33,116 bases of DNA, taken from Octopus sinensis. Taxonomy: Eukaryota. The notes below the pieces were generated by a model, which was not told the DNA's origin, searched no databases, and was given only the letters and a program-made list of their open reading frames with translations. The stretch is from the NCBI RefSeq assembly GCF_006345805.1, contig NW_021832108.1:1-33116 (forward strand). The letters run 5' to 3'. Shown here in pieces: positions 10,331-21,677 of this stretch (the first letter of the stretch is position 1; each line of letters begins with the position of its first letter). The position numbers and the translations under genes are program-made.

Positions 10331-10556
10331 TTATTGGTGAATTGAAGAAATGGAGCTGAACGCAGATTGAACAGAAATCGTTTTATTTCATTCTACACGT
10401 GTTTCGAAAGGCACAAATTACCAAAATCCGATTGAATAATGGGACCATATTGTGTCTTTCTCTTCAGGAAGAAAAAAGGAAATCCGTTGGAAAAACAAAA
10501 ACAGAACAGAGGCGGAGCAAAAAACAAATCGAACTGTGCTCCTAAGAGCCCATGGC
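10331..10556 (-). mobile_element. Short hammerhead-bearing remnant, probably a solo PLE pseudo-LTR end
   Basis: Unique 226-nt island between TA tracts. Hammerhead cleavage site about 63 nt from the (TA)n-abutting 3' end, similar geometry to elements 1 and 2. Confidence 0.55.
10386..10474 (-). ncRNA. Type-I hammerhead ribozyme motif with canonical core
   Basis: tttcttc-CTGAAGA-gaaagacacaa(33-nt loop)ttgtgcctttc-GAAA-CACGTG-TA-gaatgaaa. Stem II has 10 bp and one mismatch; palindrome ACACGTGT; GUA triplet. Confidence 0.8.
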
Positions 10557-10577
10557 GATGTATATGTATATATATAT

Positions 10578-13500
10578 CATCATCATCATCATCGTTTAGA
10601 GTCCATTTTCCATGCTAGCATGGGTTGGACGGTTCAACTGGGGTCTGTGAAGTCGGAAGGCTTCATCAGGCCTAGTCAGATCTGGCAATGTTTCTACGGC
10701 TGGATGCCCTTCCTAACGCCAACCACTCCGTGAGTGTAGTGGGTGCTTTTTACGTGCCACCCGCACTGGTGCCAGACAGAGCTGGCAAACGGCCACGAAC
10801 GGATGGTGCTTTTTATGTACCACCGGCACGGGGGCCAGGCGAGGCTGGCAACGGACACGAACGGATGGTGCTTTTTACGTGCCACTGGCATGAGGCCAGT
10901 CGGGGCGGCGCTGGCAACGGTCACAAATGGATGGTTCTCTTACATTACACCGGCACTGGTAACACATCTGCAATTTCCATTGATCGATTTCGATTCTGAT
11001 CCTCACTTGCCTCAACAGGTCTTCACAAGTAGAGTTTTGTGTCCCAAGAAGGGAAGGTATGCATACGTAGGCTGGCTCCATCCCATGTAGAAGGCCACGG
11101 GTTATGGTCTCACTTGTCCTGCCGGGTCTTCTCGCGCACAGCACACTTCCAGAGGTCTCGGTCTCTAGTCATTTCCTCAGTGAGACCTAAAGTTCGAAGG
11201 TCGTGCTTCACCACCTCGTCCCAGGTTTTCCTGGGTCTGCCTCTTCCACAGGTTCCCTCAACCGCTAGGGTGTGGCACTTTTTCACACAACTATCTTCAT
11301 CCATTCTCGCCACATGCCCATACCAGCGCAAACGTCTCTCTTGCACACCACAACTGATGCTTCTTAGGTCCAGCTTTTCTCTCAAGGTACTTACACTCTG
11401 CCGAGTATGAGTACTGACATTACACATCCATCGGAGCATACTGGCTTCATTTCTTGCGAGCTTACGCATATCCTCAGCAGTCACGGCCCATGTTTCACTG
11501 CCATGTACCATGGCTGTTCGTACACACGCATCATACAGTCTGCCTTTTACTCTGTGCGAGAGGCCTTTTGTCACCAGCAGAGGTAAGAGCTCTCTGAACT
11601 TTTCCCAAGCTATTCTTACTCTAGCAGTTACACTTTCACCTAGCTAACGGAAACTATCAACTATTTCTAGTTTTTCTCCCTGGAAAGTGACGGAAGTTGG
11701 TCTCAGAGCATTTTCAGTGTTTATTGTTCCTGAGCATCTGCCACATACAAAAACCATCTTCCTAGTTAGCCTTCCTTTGACATTGCTGCACCTCTTATGT
11801 GTCCATAGCTTACACTTGGTGCATCTAATAGAGTTTCTACCTACACCTTTTCTACAGATCGAGCAGGGCCATCAACCTGAAGGCGTTTGTGATTTGTCTA
11901 CCTTCCTACTGATTACGACTTGGGTTTTGGCTAGGTTGACTCTAAGGCCCTTCGATTCTAATCCTTGTTTCCACACCTGAAACTTCTCCTCCAGTTCTGA
12001 TAGTGACTCAGCAATTAGAGCAAGGTCATCAGCATAGAGGAGCTCCCAAGGGCATCCTGTCTTGAATTCCTCCGTTATTGCCTGGAGGACTATGATAAAT
12101 AGGAGGGGGCTGAGGACTGAGTCTTGGTGGACCCCTACCTCTACCCGGAATTCTTCACTGTACTCGTTGCCAACCCTCACCTTACTTGCAGCATCCCTGT
12201 ACATGGCCCGCATAGCTCTCACTAACCATTCATCTATCCCTAATTTCCTCATTGACCACCAGATAAGGGATCGGGGGACCCTGTCGAAGGCTTTCTCCAT
12301 GTCAACAAAAGCCAGGTACAGGGGCTTATCTTTGGTTAGGTATTTCTCCTGCAACTGCTTACCAGGAATATAGCATCAGTAGTACTTTTCCCTGGCACAA
12401 ACCCAAACTGCATCTCATCTAAACTAACTCTCTCTCTAATTAGTTGGGCTATGACCCTCTCTGTAACCTTCATCACCTGGTCCAACAGTTTGATACCTCT
12501 GTAATTATTTGTATCTAGGGCGTCACCTTTACCTTTGTAGCAGTTGACTATTATGCTGCTACACCAGTCATTGGGTATGACTCCTTTGTGTATCACCTGA
12601 TTAACTATACGGGTGACTAGGCTATAGCCGACACTACCAGACATTTTGAGCATATCTGCAGTGATTCCTGATGGGCCTGGGGCTTTCCCTGTCTTCATGC
12701 TTCTAATTGCCTTAACTACCAAGGAACTATCAACTCGGATGGCTGGTTCCTCTGTTGGGTCAACATTCGGCAGACTCTCTTTATCCCATTCATTTTCTTT
12801 ATTCAGCAACCTTTCATAGTGGCATCTCCAAGCCTCTCTCTTTGCATCCTCATTTAGTGCAAGTGAACCATCTTCCATGCAAACACACTTCTCTCCTACC
12901 ACATCATGATTCTCTCTCACACACTGTCTTGCAACGCGAAACACCTCCTGTCTTTGGTCCTCACGGCGCAGAACATTGGCAAATTTTTTCTTATCTGCTT
13001 CCCCTCTGGCTAAATAAACCTGTCTCCTAGCTTCTCTTTTGGCAGTCTGATACAATTCCCTGCTACCCCCATTTTTCCAGACCTTCCAAGCCTGTCTCTT
13101 TTCTCTAATAGCCCTGTCTACAATATTGTTCCACCACCACATTATTCTAGGTCGAGAGGGGACTTTGCACCAGCCACAGATCTGGTCAGTGGCTCTCAGC
13201 AGGTTGTCCCTTAGAAACGTCCAGTTGTCTTCTACCCCCTGTGATGCTCTATCCCCTTCTACTTCGTCAAAGGCTTCAAGTAATATGTCCCTAAATCTCT
13301 GTCCATTTGCAGGATCTTTAAGCTTCCAGATCCTTCTTCTCCATATTGGTCATCTTCTGGTTGTCCTCCTAGTCCTGATCCTAAAGTCACTAACTACCAG
13401 TCTATGTTGTGGGGTACATTCTTCGCCTGGGAAGGTTTTGGCATTTATAAGCAGCCATCTCTCCCTTTGCCTTGCAAGGATGTAGTCAATTTGGCTGGTA

Positions 13501-15060
13501 TGTTGGCCCGATTGGTAGGTGACTAGGTGGCTGGTAGGTTTCCTGAAGTTAGTGTTGCAAATCATAAGATTATTTGCATCGCAGAACTCCAGCAGCCTGG
13601 TTCCCTCCTCGTTGTGGGAGCCATAACCATAGCCTCCATGTACGCCATGGAGGCCCCCAGCATGTCGTCCAACGTGACCATTGAAGTCACCAGCCACAAA
13701 GAGAAGGTCTCTGTCATTCGTCAATGAGGTAGTCTGCAGTAGAGTGTCATAGAATCGGTCTTTCTGTCCATCGGGTAGCCCCGATTGAGGAGCATAGGCT
13801 GATATAATGGTTGCTAAACTATGATGAAGCACTAATCTAATCTTAAGTATTCTGTCACATACTCTGATTACCTCAATTACTTTATCTACCCATTTCTCAG
13901 CGATAAGTGTTCCCGTCAGTGTTCCCTGCCCAGAAAATCTGGTACCTGCATTCCTTGCCTGTGAGGAACCTAGCAGATCCTTCTCTCCACCTTATTTCTT
14001 GCATGCAACATATATCCACACATCTCCGTTCAAGCATCTCGACTATCTCACCAGACCTACCTTTCAGTGTGCCAATGTTGAGGGTGCCAACCCTGAGGGT
14101 GTGGGAGGCATGGGCTCTAGAGACCCTGGGACAGTGGACAGTAGCTTCGTGTACCTGAAAAGAAAGCTCGGATCTGGCAGAATTCATGTGCAAGTAATAA
14201 AGTAGCCTTCAGTACAACCTGCATAACACTAGCCTTTCATATTTTGCACTGTATGAACATTACCTTACATAGGTCGAGACTAGGGGTAGGGATGGTGAAA
14301 GAGCATTTGCAGTCTTCATGGGAAGCAACTCCGGGATGGCAAAGAATAGGAACTTCCGGCATGTGTGGAGGGGGTGGGGGGTGGTGCACCGTAGCTTAGA
14401 AAGAGGTTCTGTTAATCGTGTGAGCTAGAAAATAGGTTTGAAAAATCAGAGGGAATGAGAATTTTTATGGGAAAGATAAGTGGATATGAACCGGGAGACA
14501 AGACTAAACGAAAAAAAAAATTGAGCTAGACAGGGTAATGAGGGAATACTGAAAGAATGGGGAACAATACAATGAGATAGTAATCGAAGAATAGTGAAAG
14601 AATAATGATGATACGTGCAAAGATAGAAGGTAGTTGAAGCAAGGCTGAAAGAGTCACTTAGCTTTAGCCATTCATGATCTGTGCATATTTCTTCTTTAGA
14701 TATTTGGAAGCGAGTGGGGTTAACGATAATGCGATCGCTCTTTTATATATGGCGATGATGGTTATGGAAAGGGGGGGGGACATAGAGAAACATAGGGAGA
14801 GAGATAGGGTTAGCTAGAGAGGGGTGGAGAGAGGTGGTCGAGGAACACGTGGGAATAAAGCGGTATGAGGAAATTTGACTAGCATAGTTGAAAGGGGACA
14901 GCATTGTCGATAATAATCATTATTTGATAACTAATATAGACTTGGGGCAAAACAGGTAAAATCTGAGTTCGTCAGGCAATCTAACTAGTCCATAACCTAG
15001 AAAGAGGTTCTGTTTATCGTATGAGCTAGAAAATAGGTTTGAAAAATCAGAGGGAATAAT
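10578..15060 (-). mobile_element. RTE-clade non-LTR retrotransposon, apparently full length and disrupted
   Basis: APE endonuclease (RVGTLNIGTLKG...QEIRW; SAYAPQ; AGDFNGHVG; QIDYIL...QHRLV), RT (FVDMEKAFDRVP; GVHQDSVLSPLLF; LLYADD), 3' UTR ending catgctagcatgg...(GAT)n, TA tracts on both sides. The 5' boundary is inferred. Confidence 0.9.
11110..14193 (-). pseudogene. RTE ORF2 (APE-RT-PHD finger-C-terminal), broken by frameshifts, stops and deletions
   Basis: ORF pieces 13897-14193, 13350-13832, 12336-13142, 11872-12354 and 11110-11574. A 30-nt deletion at a tca microhomology near 11638 relative to the second copy (32886-32915). Confidence 0.9.
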
Positions 15061-15063
15061 CAT

Positions 15064-15082
15064 GTATATATATATATATATG

Positions 15083-15125
<43 letters not shown>

Positions 15126-15167
15126 GTTATATGTGTGTGTGTATATATGTTTGTATATATGTATGTT

Positions 15168-15207
<40 letters not shown>

Positions 15208-15244
15208 GTATATATATACATACACACACACATACATACATATA
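15064..15244. repeat. Compound TA/TG/CA microsatellite
   Basis: Direct reading. Confidence 0.9.
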
Positions 15245-15641
15245 TATTCTTTTTTTCTCTTACTTGATTCAGTTACTTGACTGCAGCTATGTTGGAGCAC
15301 CACCTTTGAGGGTTTTTAGGTGGAGAAATTGACTCCAGGACTTATTCTTTGTAAGCCTAGTACTTATTCTGTCAGACTTTTTTTGCTGAACTGCTAAGTT
15401 TCAGGGACGTGAACACACCAACATCAGTTGTCAATTAATGGTGGGCGGACAAACACAGACACAAAGATACACACAAACATAAACACACACACACGATTCA
15501 CTTTCAGTTTCTGTCTACCAAATCCACTCACAAGGCTTTGGTCGGCCTGTGGCTATAGTAGAAGACACTTGACCAAGATGCCATGCAATGGGACTGAACC
15601 CGGAACCATGTGGTTGGGAAGCAAGCTTCTTACCACATAGC
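15245..15641 (-). mobile_element. Complete tRNA-derived SINE with internal (TG)n
   Basis: Head gctatgtggtaagaagcttgcttcccaaccacatggttccgggttcagtccc; tail ...ggtggtgctccaacatagctgcagtc...aagagaaaaaaagaata. Confidence 0.75.
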
Positions 15642-15643
15642 TA

Positions 15644-15935
15644 AGGTGCATAGCTTAATGGCTCATGACTGTAAAGTTGTGAGTTCAATTCCTGGTGACA
15701 CATTGTGTCCATGAGCAAGACATTTTGTTTCACATTGCTCCAGTCCATTCAGCTGGCAAAAATGATTTGTACTTGTAGTTCAAAGAGCCAGCCTCTTATC
15801 ACATTCAGTGTTATACTGAATCTCTCTGAGAATGACATCAAAGGTATATGTGTCTGTGGAATCCTCAGCCACGTTTACATTAATTACACAAGCAGGTTGT
15901 TCTGTTAATTCGATCAACCAGAACACTCATTATCA
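15644..15935 (+). mobile_element. SINE-like element of a second family
   Basis: B-box gagttcaattcct, then ttgtgtccatgagcaagacatttt...ttgctccagtccattcagctgg. Confidence 0.55.
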
Positions 15936-15960
15936 TAACCATATATATATATATATATAT

Positions 15961-16184
15961 ATAGCAATAATAATTCTCTAAAAGAGATATAGACAGTAAC
16001 TGCTCGATAACATAAGGGACTAAAGCCATCTGAATATGGCTAGGGACAGGGCAGGGTGGTGGGGGTGTTACTGTTGCATTTAGCCCCAGGCGAACATCGA
16101 CGTCGCCAGATAGGCTTCAGTAACACCCCCACCACCCTGCCCTGTCCCTAGCCATATTCAGATGGCTTTAGTCCCTTATGTTAT
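15961..16184. repeat. Mini fold-back: perfect 67-bp inverted repeat (16007-16073/16118-16184), 44-nt spacer, about 45-nt one-sided extension, flanked by (TA)n
   Basis: Base-by-base check shows 67/67 complementarity. Confidence 0.92.
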
Positions 16185-17187
16185 ATATATATATATATGC
16201 ACATACACACACACTACATTTATAATTTCATTAATTTCACATCTGCTTTCCATGGGTTGGACAGGTTTTCATCATCTAAGTCAAATCCTATTCAGAAGTG
16301 AGTTAGAGGATTATATGTTGCTCATACACACCATTGATGAATAGTCTCTATGGTTGGACGCCCTTCCTAACATCAATTACTTTACAAAGTGAGCTGAGTG
16401 CCAAGTCACCTGCAGGACTAGAGTCTTACCTACATTGTTTTTGTTCATTCAAGTCAAATGTGGTCAAAGATATGAGTGTGATGTGTGAGACTGAGCAACA
16501 GAGTAGTAGGAAAGGGAGTAATGGACGAAAGACAGTAATAAGAGTTACATATGGGTGGAGGATATAGGCTGATGAAAGAAGTAGTGGAAGTGGAGGAGAA
16601 TGAAAGGCTGATGATCTTTGTCAACAAAGTGTAATAAGGGAGGGAATACTCTGTGTGTGTGTGTGCATGAGAGAGAGAGAAAGAGAGAGATGGGGGTTAA
16701 AGGATGGTTATAAAGATGAGTGCCGGTCTGAGAGAGTGAGCAATAAAGATGTGGAATGGTAAAAGAGAATGGTGTGTCTTAATGAAGAGTGGGAGGAAAA
16801 ATGATGGTTAGCCACTCTCATTATCCAGGCTAAAGAGTGAACAGAATCAGTGCCATTCCTTGTTACACAGGCAGTGTGGTGCAATGAATAGAAGAAGGTG
16901 AGTGGTGGATTATAGCATGGAGCAGAGGGTGAGTGACAAATTGGAGGGTGGAGAAGAGGTTAGTGTTAGAGTAGAGACTAGAGAAGAGAATGAAGAAGAA
17001 TGAGTAACAGATTGGAGAGTAGAGTAGAAGGTGAGTGTTAGATTAGAGGGTGGAGAAGAGGGTGAGATAGATGAGGAGGTAATGATAAGGGCAGGAGTTG
17101 GAAATTTAATAGGGATGTAATATAATGGATAACAGTTCCATATGTAGACATATGACGTGATTGCTATCACCACCATTATGACTGTCA

Positions 17188-17700
17188 TCATCATCATTTA
17201 GCATCTGCTTTCCATGTTGGCATGGGTTAGATGGTTTGACTGGAACTTGTAAGCTGGAAATCTACACCACTTCCAGTCTGATTTGGCATGGTTTCTATGG
17301 CTTGATGCCTTTCCTAACACTAACCACTACAAAGGTGTAATGGGTGCTTTTCATGTGCCACTGGTATGGATGCTTTTATATGCCACTGGCACAGATGCCA
17401 GTTTTGTAAAACTGGCATCAGCCATGACTATGATTTCACTTGGGTTTATGGGTCTTCTCAAGTACAGCATATTACTAAAGGTCTTAGTCACTTGTCATCA
17501 CTTCTGTGAGGCCCAATGTTCAAAGATCATGCTTCACTACCTCATCCCATGTCTTCCTGGGTCTACGTCTTCTACAGGTTCCCTCCACAGTGAAAGATCA
17601 GCACTTCTTTACACAGCTGTCCTCATCCATATGCATCACATGACCATACCAGCACAGTTGTCTCACTTGCACACCACATCTGATGCCTCTCATGTTCAAC
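17188..17700 (-). mobile_element. Old 5'-truncated RTE 3' fragment
   Basis: (CAT)n, then ctttccatgttggcatggg...gatgcctttcctaacactaaccact...gtgcttttcatgtgccac, colinear with the RTE 3' end. Confidence 0.7.
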
Positions 17701-17787
17701 TCCATAATATGTGTGTGTGTGTGTGTGTGTTTTCATGATTTTGCTTGTATGTTTGGCAGAACATTACTTGTTAAAAAGCTAATTGCT

Positions 17788-18016
17788 TTAACCCTTTAGT
17801 GTTCGCATTATTCTGCCAAAATTAATCCCTTTTTATCCACATTGCCTTGAACTAATCAGGCATTATCTTGTCGCTATGAGATTTTGATGAGGTAGCTGTT
17901 AATTTTTAAAATGATATTGTAGGGTTGGTGTGAGAGACCAGATCTGGCCAGTTTGAACATAAAACAGGCAGAATACTTTTGGCCGGATATGGCCGGTTTA
18001 AATGCTAAAGGGTTAA
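17788..18016. mobile_element. piggyBac-like MITE (TTAA + CCCTTTAG termini)
   Basis: Perfect TTAACCCTTTAG / CTAAAGGGTTAA inverted ends. Confidence 0.7.
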
Positions 18017-19524
18017 GGAAATGGGAACTTAGCAACTGAATGCAAAATAAGAATCAAACTGGAATAAATAGTGGAGTTGATATAATCAACTAAAAAAACC
18101 CCTTGAAGTTAGTGTCACAGCATGGTTTGGAATCCAAGATTTGAAACCAGTAAAAGAAGAAGAGAACAAGAACTGGTTTGAAGGTTTTGATAAATAGTAA
18201 AAATTTCTTTCAATCAACAAGCTTCAGAAAAAGGAAATCCAGAAATATAACAATCATTGCATAAATGGTAATGTAATGGCATCATATTAATTAATTTGAG
18301 TGTGGGTAGAAGGGGAACAAAACATAACGAGAAAATCATCAAGCAAGAAACAAAAATACCATTCTTTCTTCTTTAATGGAGAAAAACAATGAGATTTAGA
18401 TAAGATGGAGGGAGAAATAAATGAAGAGGAAAAAGAATAACAATCATGCCATGTTGGATTGCAGAAAGGATTAGAGTACAGAGGCAGAGTGAAAGGGTTT
18501 CAATTCCAGGGAATGACATCAAGATGAAAAGCTTTTTAAATAAAAGTCTATTAATGAAAATAAATATTTCATTTATCAACCAAATGAAAATATATTGAAT
18601 ATCGGGCAAAGATACACAGTAGGGAACTGAAATGTTATTCAGTTCCTAACTTACTTTTCAAATTTGTCCCTTGGCCAAACTTTTGCCACAGGAGTTGAGG
18701 GGCTAAAAATAAAGAAAAATTTTGAATCTAATACAGAAAATTATGAAATTAGTGACATAAAATATTATAAGCAACAAGACCGATTGTTAAAGAGAATGGA
18801 TACAGTTGATTATATCCAGTATATTACTGATCCAAAGCAGGTCTGGAGTGTGGCTGTAGACTCAAAAGGAAAGACAACACAAACCATTTAATGTAATAAG
18901 TCTGGTGCTCTTCAGATGCTAATATTGTTTTGATAACTATTATATTATGTGCTATATAAAGCATCTCATTAAGTATCTAGAGTTTATTATTACATTCTCA
19001 AGCAATGAATATGTCACTAACATGTAATATCCAAACAAGCAGCACACTTCAAACACAATATTGGTAAAAAACAGATAACTCTTTCTTACAGCATAGAATT
19101 TCGAAGTAAATGGTAAATATTGGACAGATGGTTACACAAATGAAAGAAATACAGTTTAATCATTCAGAAAAAAAAAAGTTATTTTTTTTTAGGGAAAATG
19201 AAAAGGAAGTGGCCACATTTATTTTCTTTCCCTATAGACATTAAAGATAGAAGAAATAACAATACAAGCTAATATATATATATATATATATATGTAGTTA
19301 ATAAAACATATATCAGAAAAGAAACACACTATAAAGAATAGAGCAATAATTATTACAACAAAAATTTTAATTTTGGACATAGTTAGCAAAGGTTTCATAT
19401 CCACAATGCCTTGTGGACAGATAAAATACCATTAAGCATTTCAGCCGGCTAAACTACACTACTGAAAAGTATTGAGTAATATTTCAGCTTGGTGTTAAAT
19501 TGTTTTTATATATAACACAACATA

Positions 19525-19569
<45 letters not shown>

Positions 19570-19644
19570 TTGAGTTGTGGGGTATCGCACGAGTGGGATT
19601 ATATATGAAAACAGGTTTGAAAATGCAATTTAAACGATGTTTAT

Positions 19645-19689
19645 TTACTTAACCGGTTTCACTCTTTGGTAAAAGATTGTCAAAAGTAA
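19645..19689 (-). ncRNA. Minimal type-I hammerhead motif, U3-A8 core
   Basis: ttactt-TTGACAA-tcttttaccaaagagt-GAAA-CCGG-TT-aagtaa; 6-bp stem I, palindrome AACCGGTT, GUU triplet. Stem II closure is imperfect. Confidence 0.68.
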
Positions 19690-20252
19690 CATTGAATATT
19701 ATGGGTTCAAAAAAAGTTTTTTACATAATTGTCACATTGAATATTATGAATTCAAAAATGTTTTTTTATACATAATTGTCACATTACATGTATAAATATA
19801 GTATAAAAAAGTTCAATAGTGTGATGAGAATATTTGGAAAAATTGGCAGAAAAGAATAAAACAAATATATTATTGGAAATTTGGTTGCGTTAATTATTGG
19901 TTGTCGCAAATTGTCACATTACATGTATATATATACAGTCTTTGGTAGAAAGGACATGTTAAAGACATAAGGAAGTGTAATAGTTTGGTGAGAAAGCTTG
20001 TAATATTGACAGAGAAAATTAAAATGGATATTTTAGACATCTCAGAATATTTTGAATCGAAGGCGAGAATTTGTTTTTTACTGACCTGTTTGTTTTAGCA
20101 GAAAAGTTGAATTGAGAGAAAATAAGATATGTACCCAGTTTGGTTTATACTTCCCCTTCAAGCATCAGTGATTTTGGGGTTATTGGGAGGTGAGTATGCG
20201 GGTGTGAATAGATGTGTCCGTGTGCCTGCTGGTCAGACAGCGTCTGTTTGTC

Positions 20253-21660
20253 ACACACATATATACACACACACACAACAACAATACACACACACACATA
20301 GCATACACACACACACACACACAACGCACCCACATATATAATATATACACACAGCACACAAATATAACATGTATTTATATATAATATACACACATATATA
20401 ACACATACACACACAACACACACACACACACACACACACACAACACACGCACACATATATACATAATATAAATATCACACAAATACACCTAGCATATATA
20501 TACACATACAATACACATACACAGCATGTATATAATACACATATACAATATATGCATGCAATATACATACGCAATACATACATATAATATATATATATAT
20601 AGACAATGCATATACATATATACATATATACATATAAATAGTGTTTACATACACATACATAGATATACCACATATACACACAATATACATACATACAATG
20701 CATACACATACACGTACGCATACATATAATATATATAGACACACATAACATACATACACAATGCATACATATATATACACGCAACGTATATACATGTATT
20801 CATGTATATATAGCACACTTACAATATACATATATACAATGCACACATACACACACATATATACACTTAATTGTACACATACATATACAATACACATACA
20901 TACAATATACATATACACAATGCGCATGCAAATAATGCACATGTTTATACACACATATACATGAAAATATATATACACACACACATATATATATATACAC
21001 ATATATATATATATATACATATACATACATACATACATGCACATACATATATTTTTTCACACACATACACACACATATATATATATAAAATTCACACACA
21101 CACCCACACACACAAAATACAAACCTATAGCGTACACACTCAAATATATCTCTACATACCGCACACACACACAAACAATGTACTCACATATACACACATA
21201 CCATGCATATACACACACAGCACACACATATATATATATATATATATAAAAACAAATACACATGTAAATACATACACACGTACACAATGCTCACACACAC
21301 ACACACACATACACACACACACGCACACAGTGCACACACACATATATACACACGTGCACACACACACACAACGCGCGCACACACACACACACACATACAC
21401 ACACGCACACAGTGCACACACACACACACATACATATACACACGCGCACACACACACACACAACGTGCACACTCACACACACACACACACAACACTCACA
21501 CACATACATAACCTACATATATATAATGCATGCGTGTGCGTGCCACGTATGTGTGCGGTCAATGCCCGCTAGTGTGTCCTATGCGTGCCGATGCGCGCAT
21601 GTGCCCGCCCGCACGATACGCTGTGAGTGTGCGCGTGCCCCTGTGTGCCTGCTCTGGATG
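20253..21660. repeat. About 1.4-kb compound CA/TA/CG microsatellite in the PLE2 3' UTR (left arm)
   Basis: Mirrored by 23190-24637. Confidence 0.9.
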
Positions 21661-21677
21661 TGTGCCCAGGGGGTATG

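Noticed and set aside
10663-10669. CTGATGA on the minus strand in the RTE 3' UTR
   Set aside because: No GAAA partner, and the other copies read CTGATGC or CTGGTGC, so it is not conserved.
10742-10960. Regularly spaced repeats as a CRISPR array
   Set aside because: Eukaryotic LINE UTR; the spacers are homologous to each other and there are no cas genes.
14969-14975. CTGACGA on the minus strand near the RTE 5' end as a hammerhead core
   Set aside because: No stem II followed by GAAA downstream, and no suitable GAAA upstream.
19385-19425. Hairpin TCCACAA/TTGTGGA followed by GAAAC on the minus strand
   Set aside because: Resembles stem II plus GAAA but has no CUGANGA/UUGANAA core or stem III; too degenerate to call.
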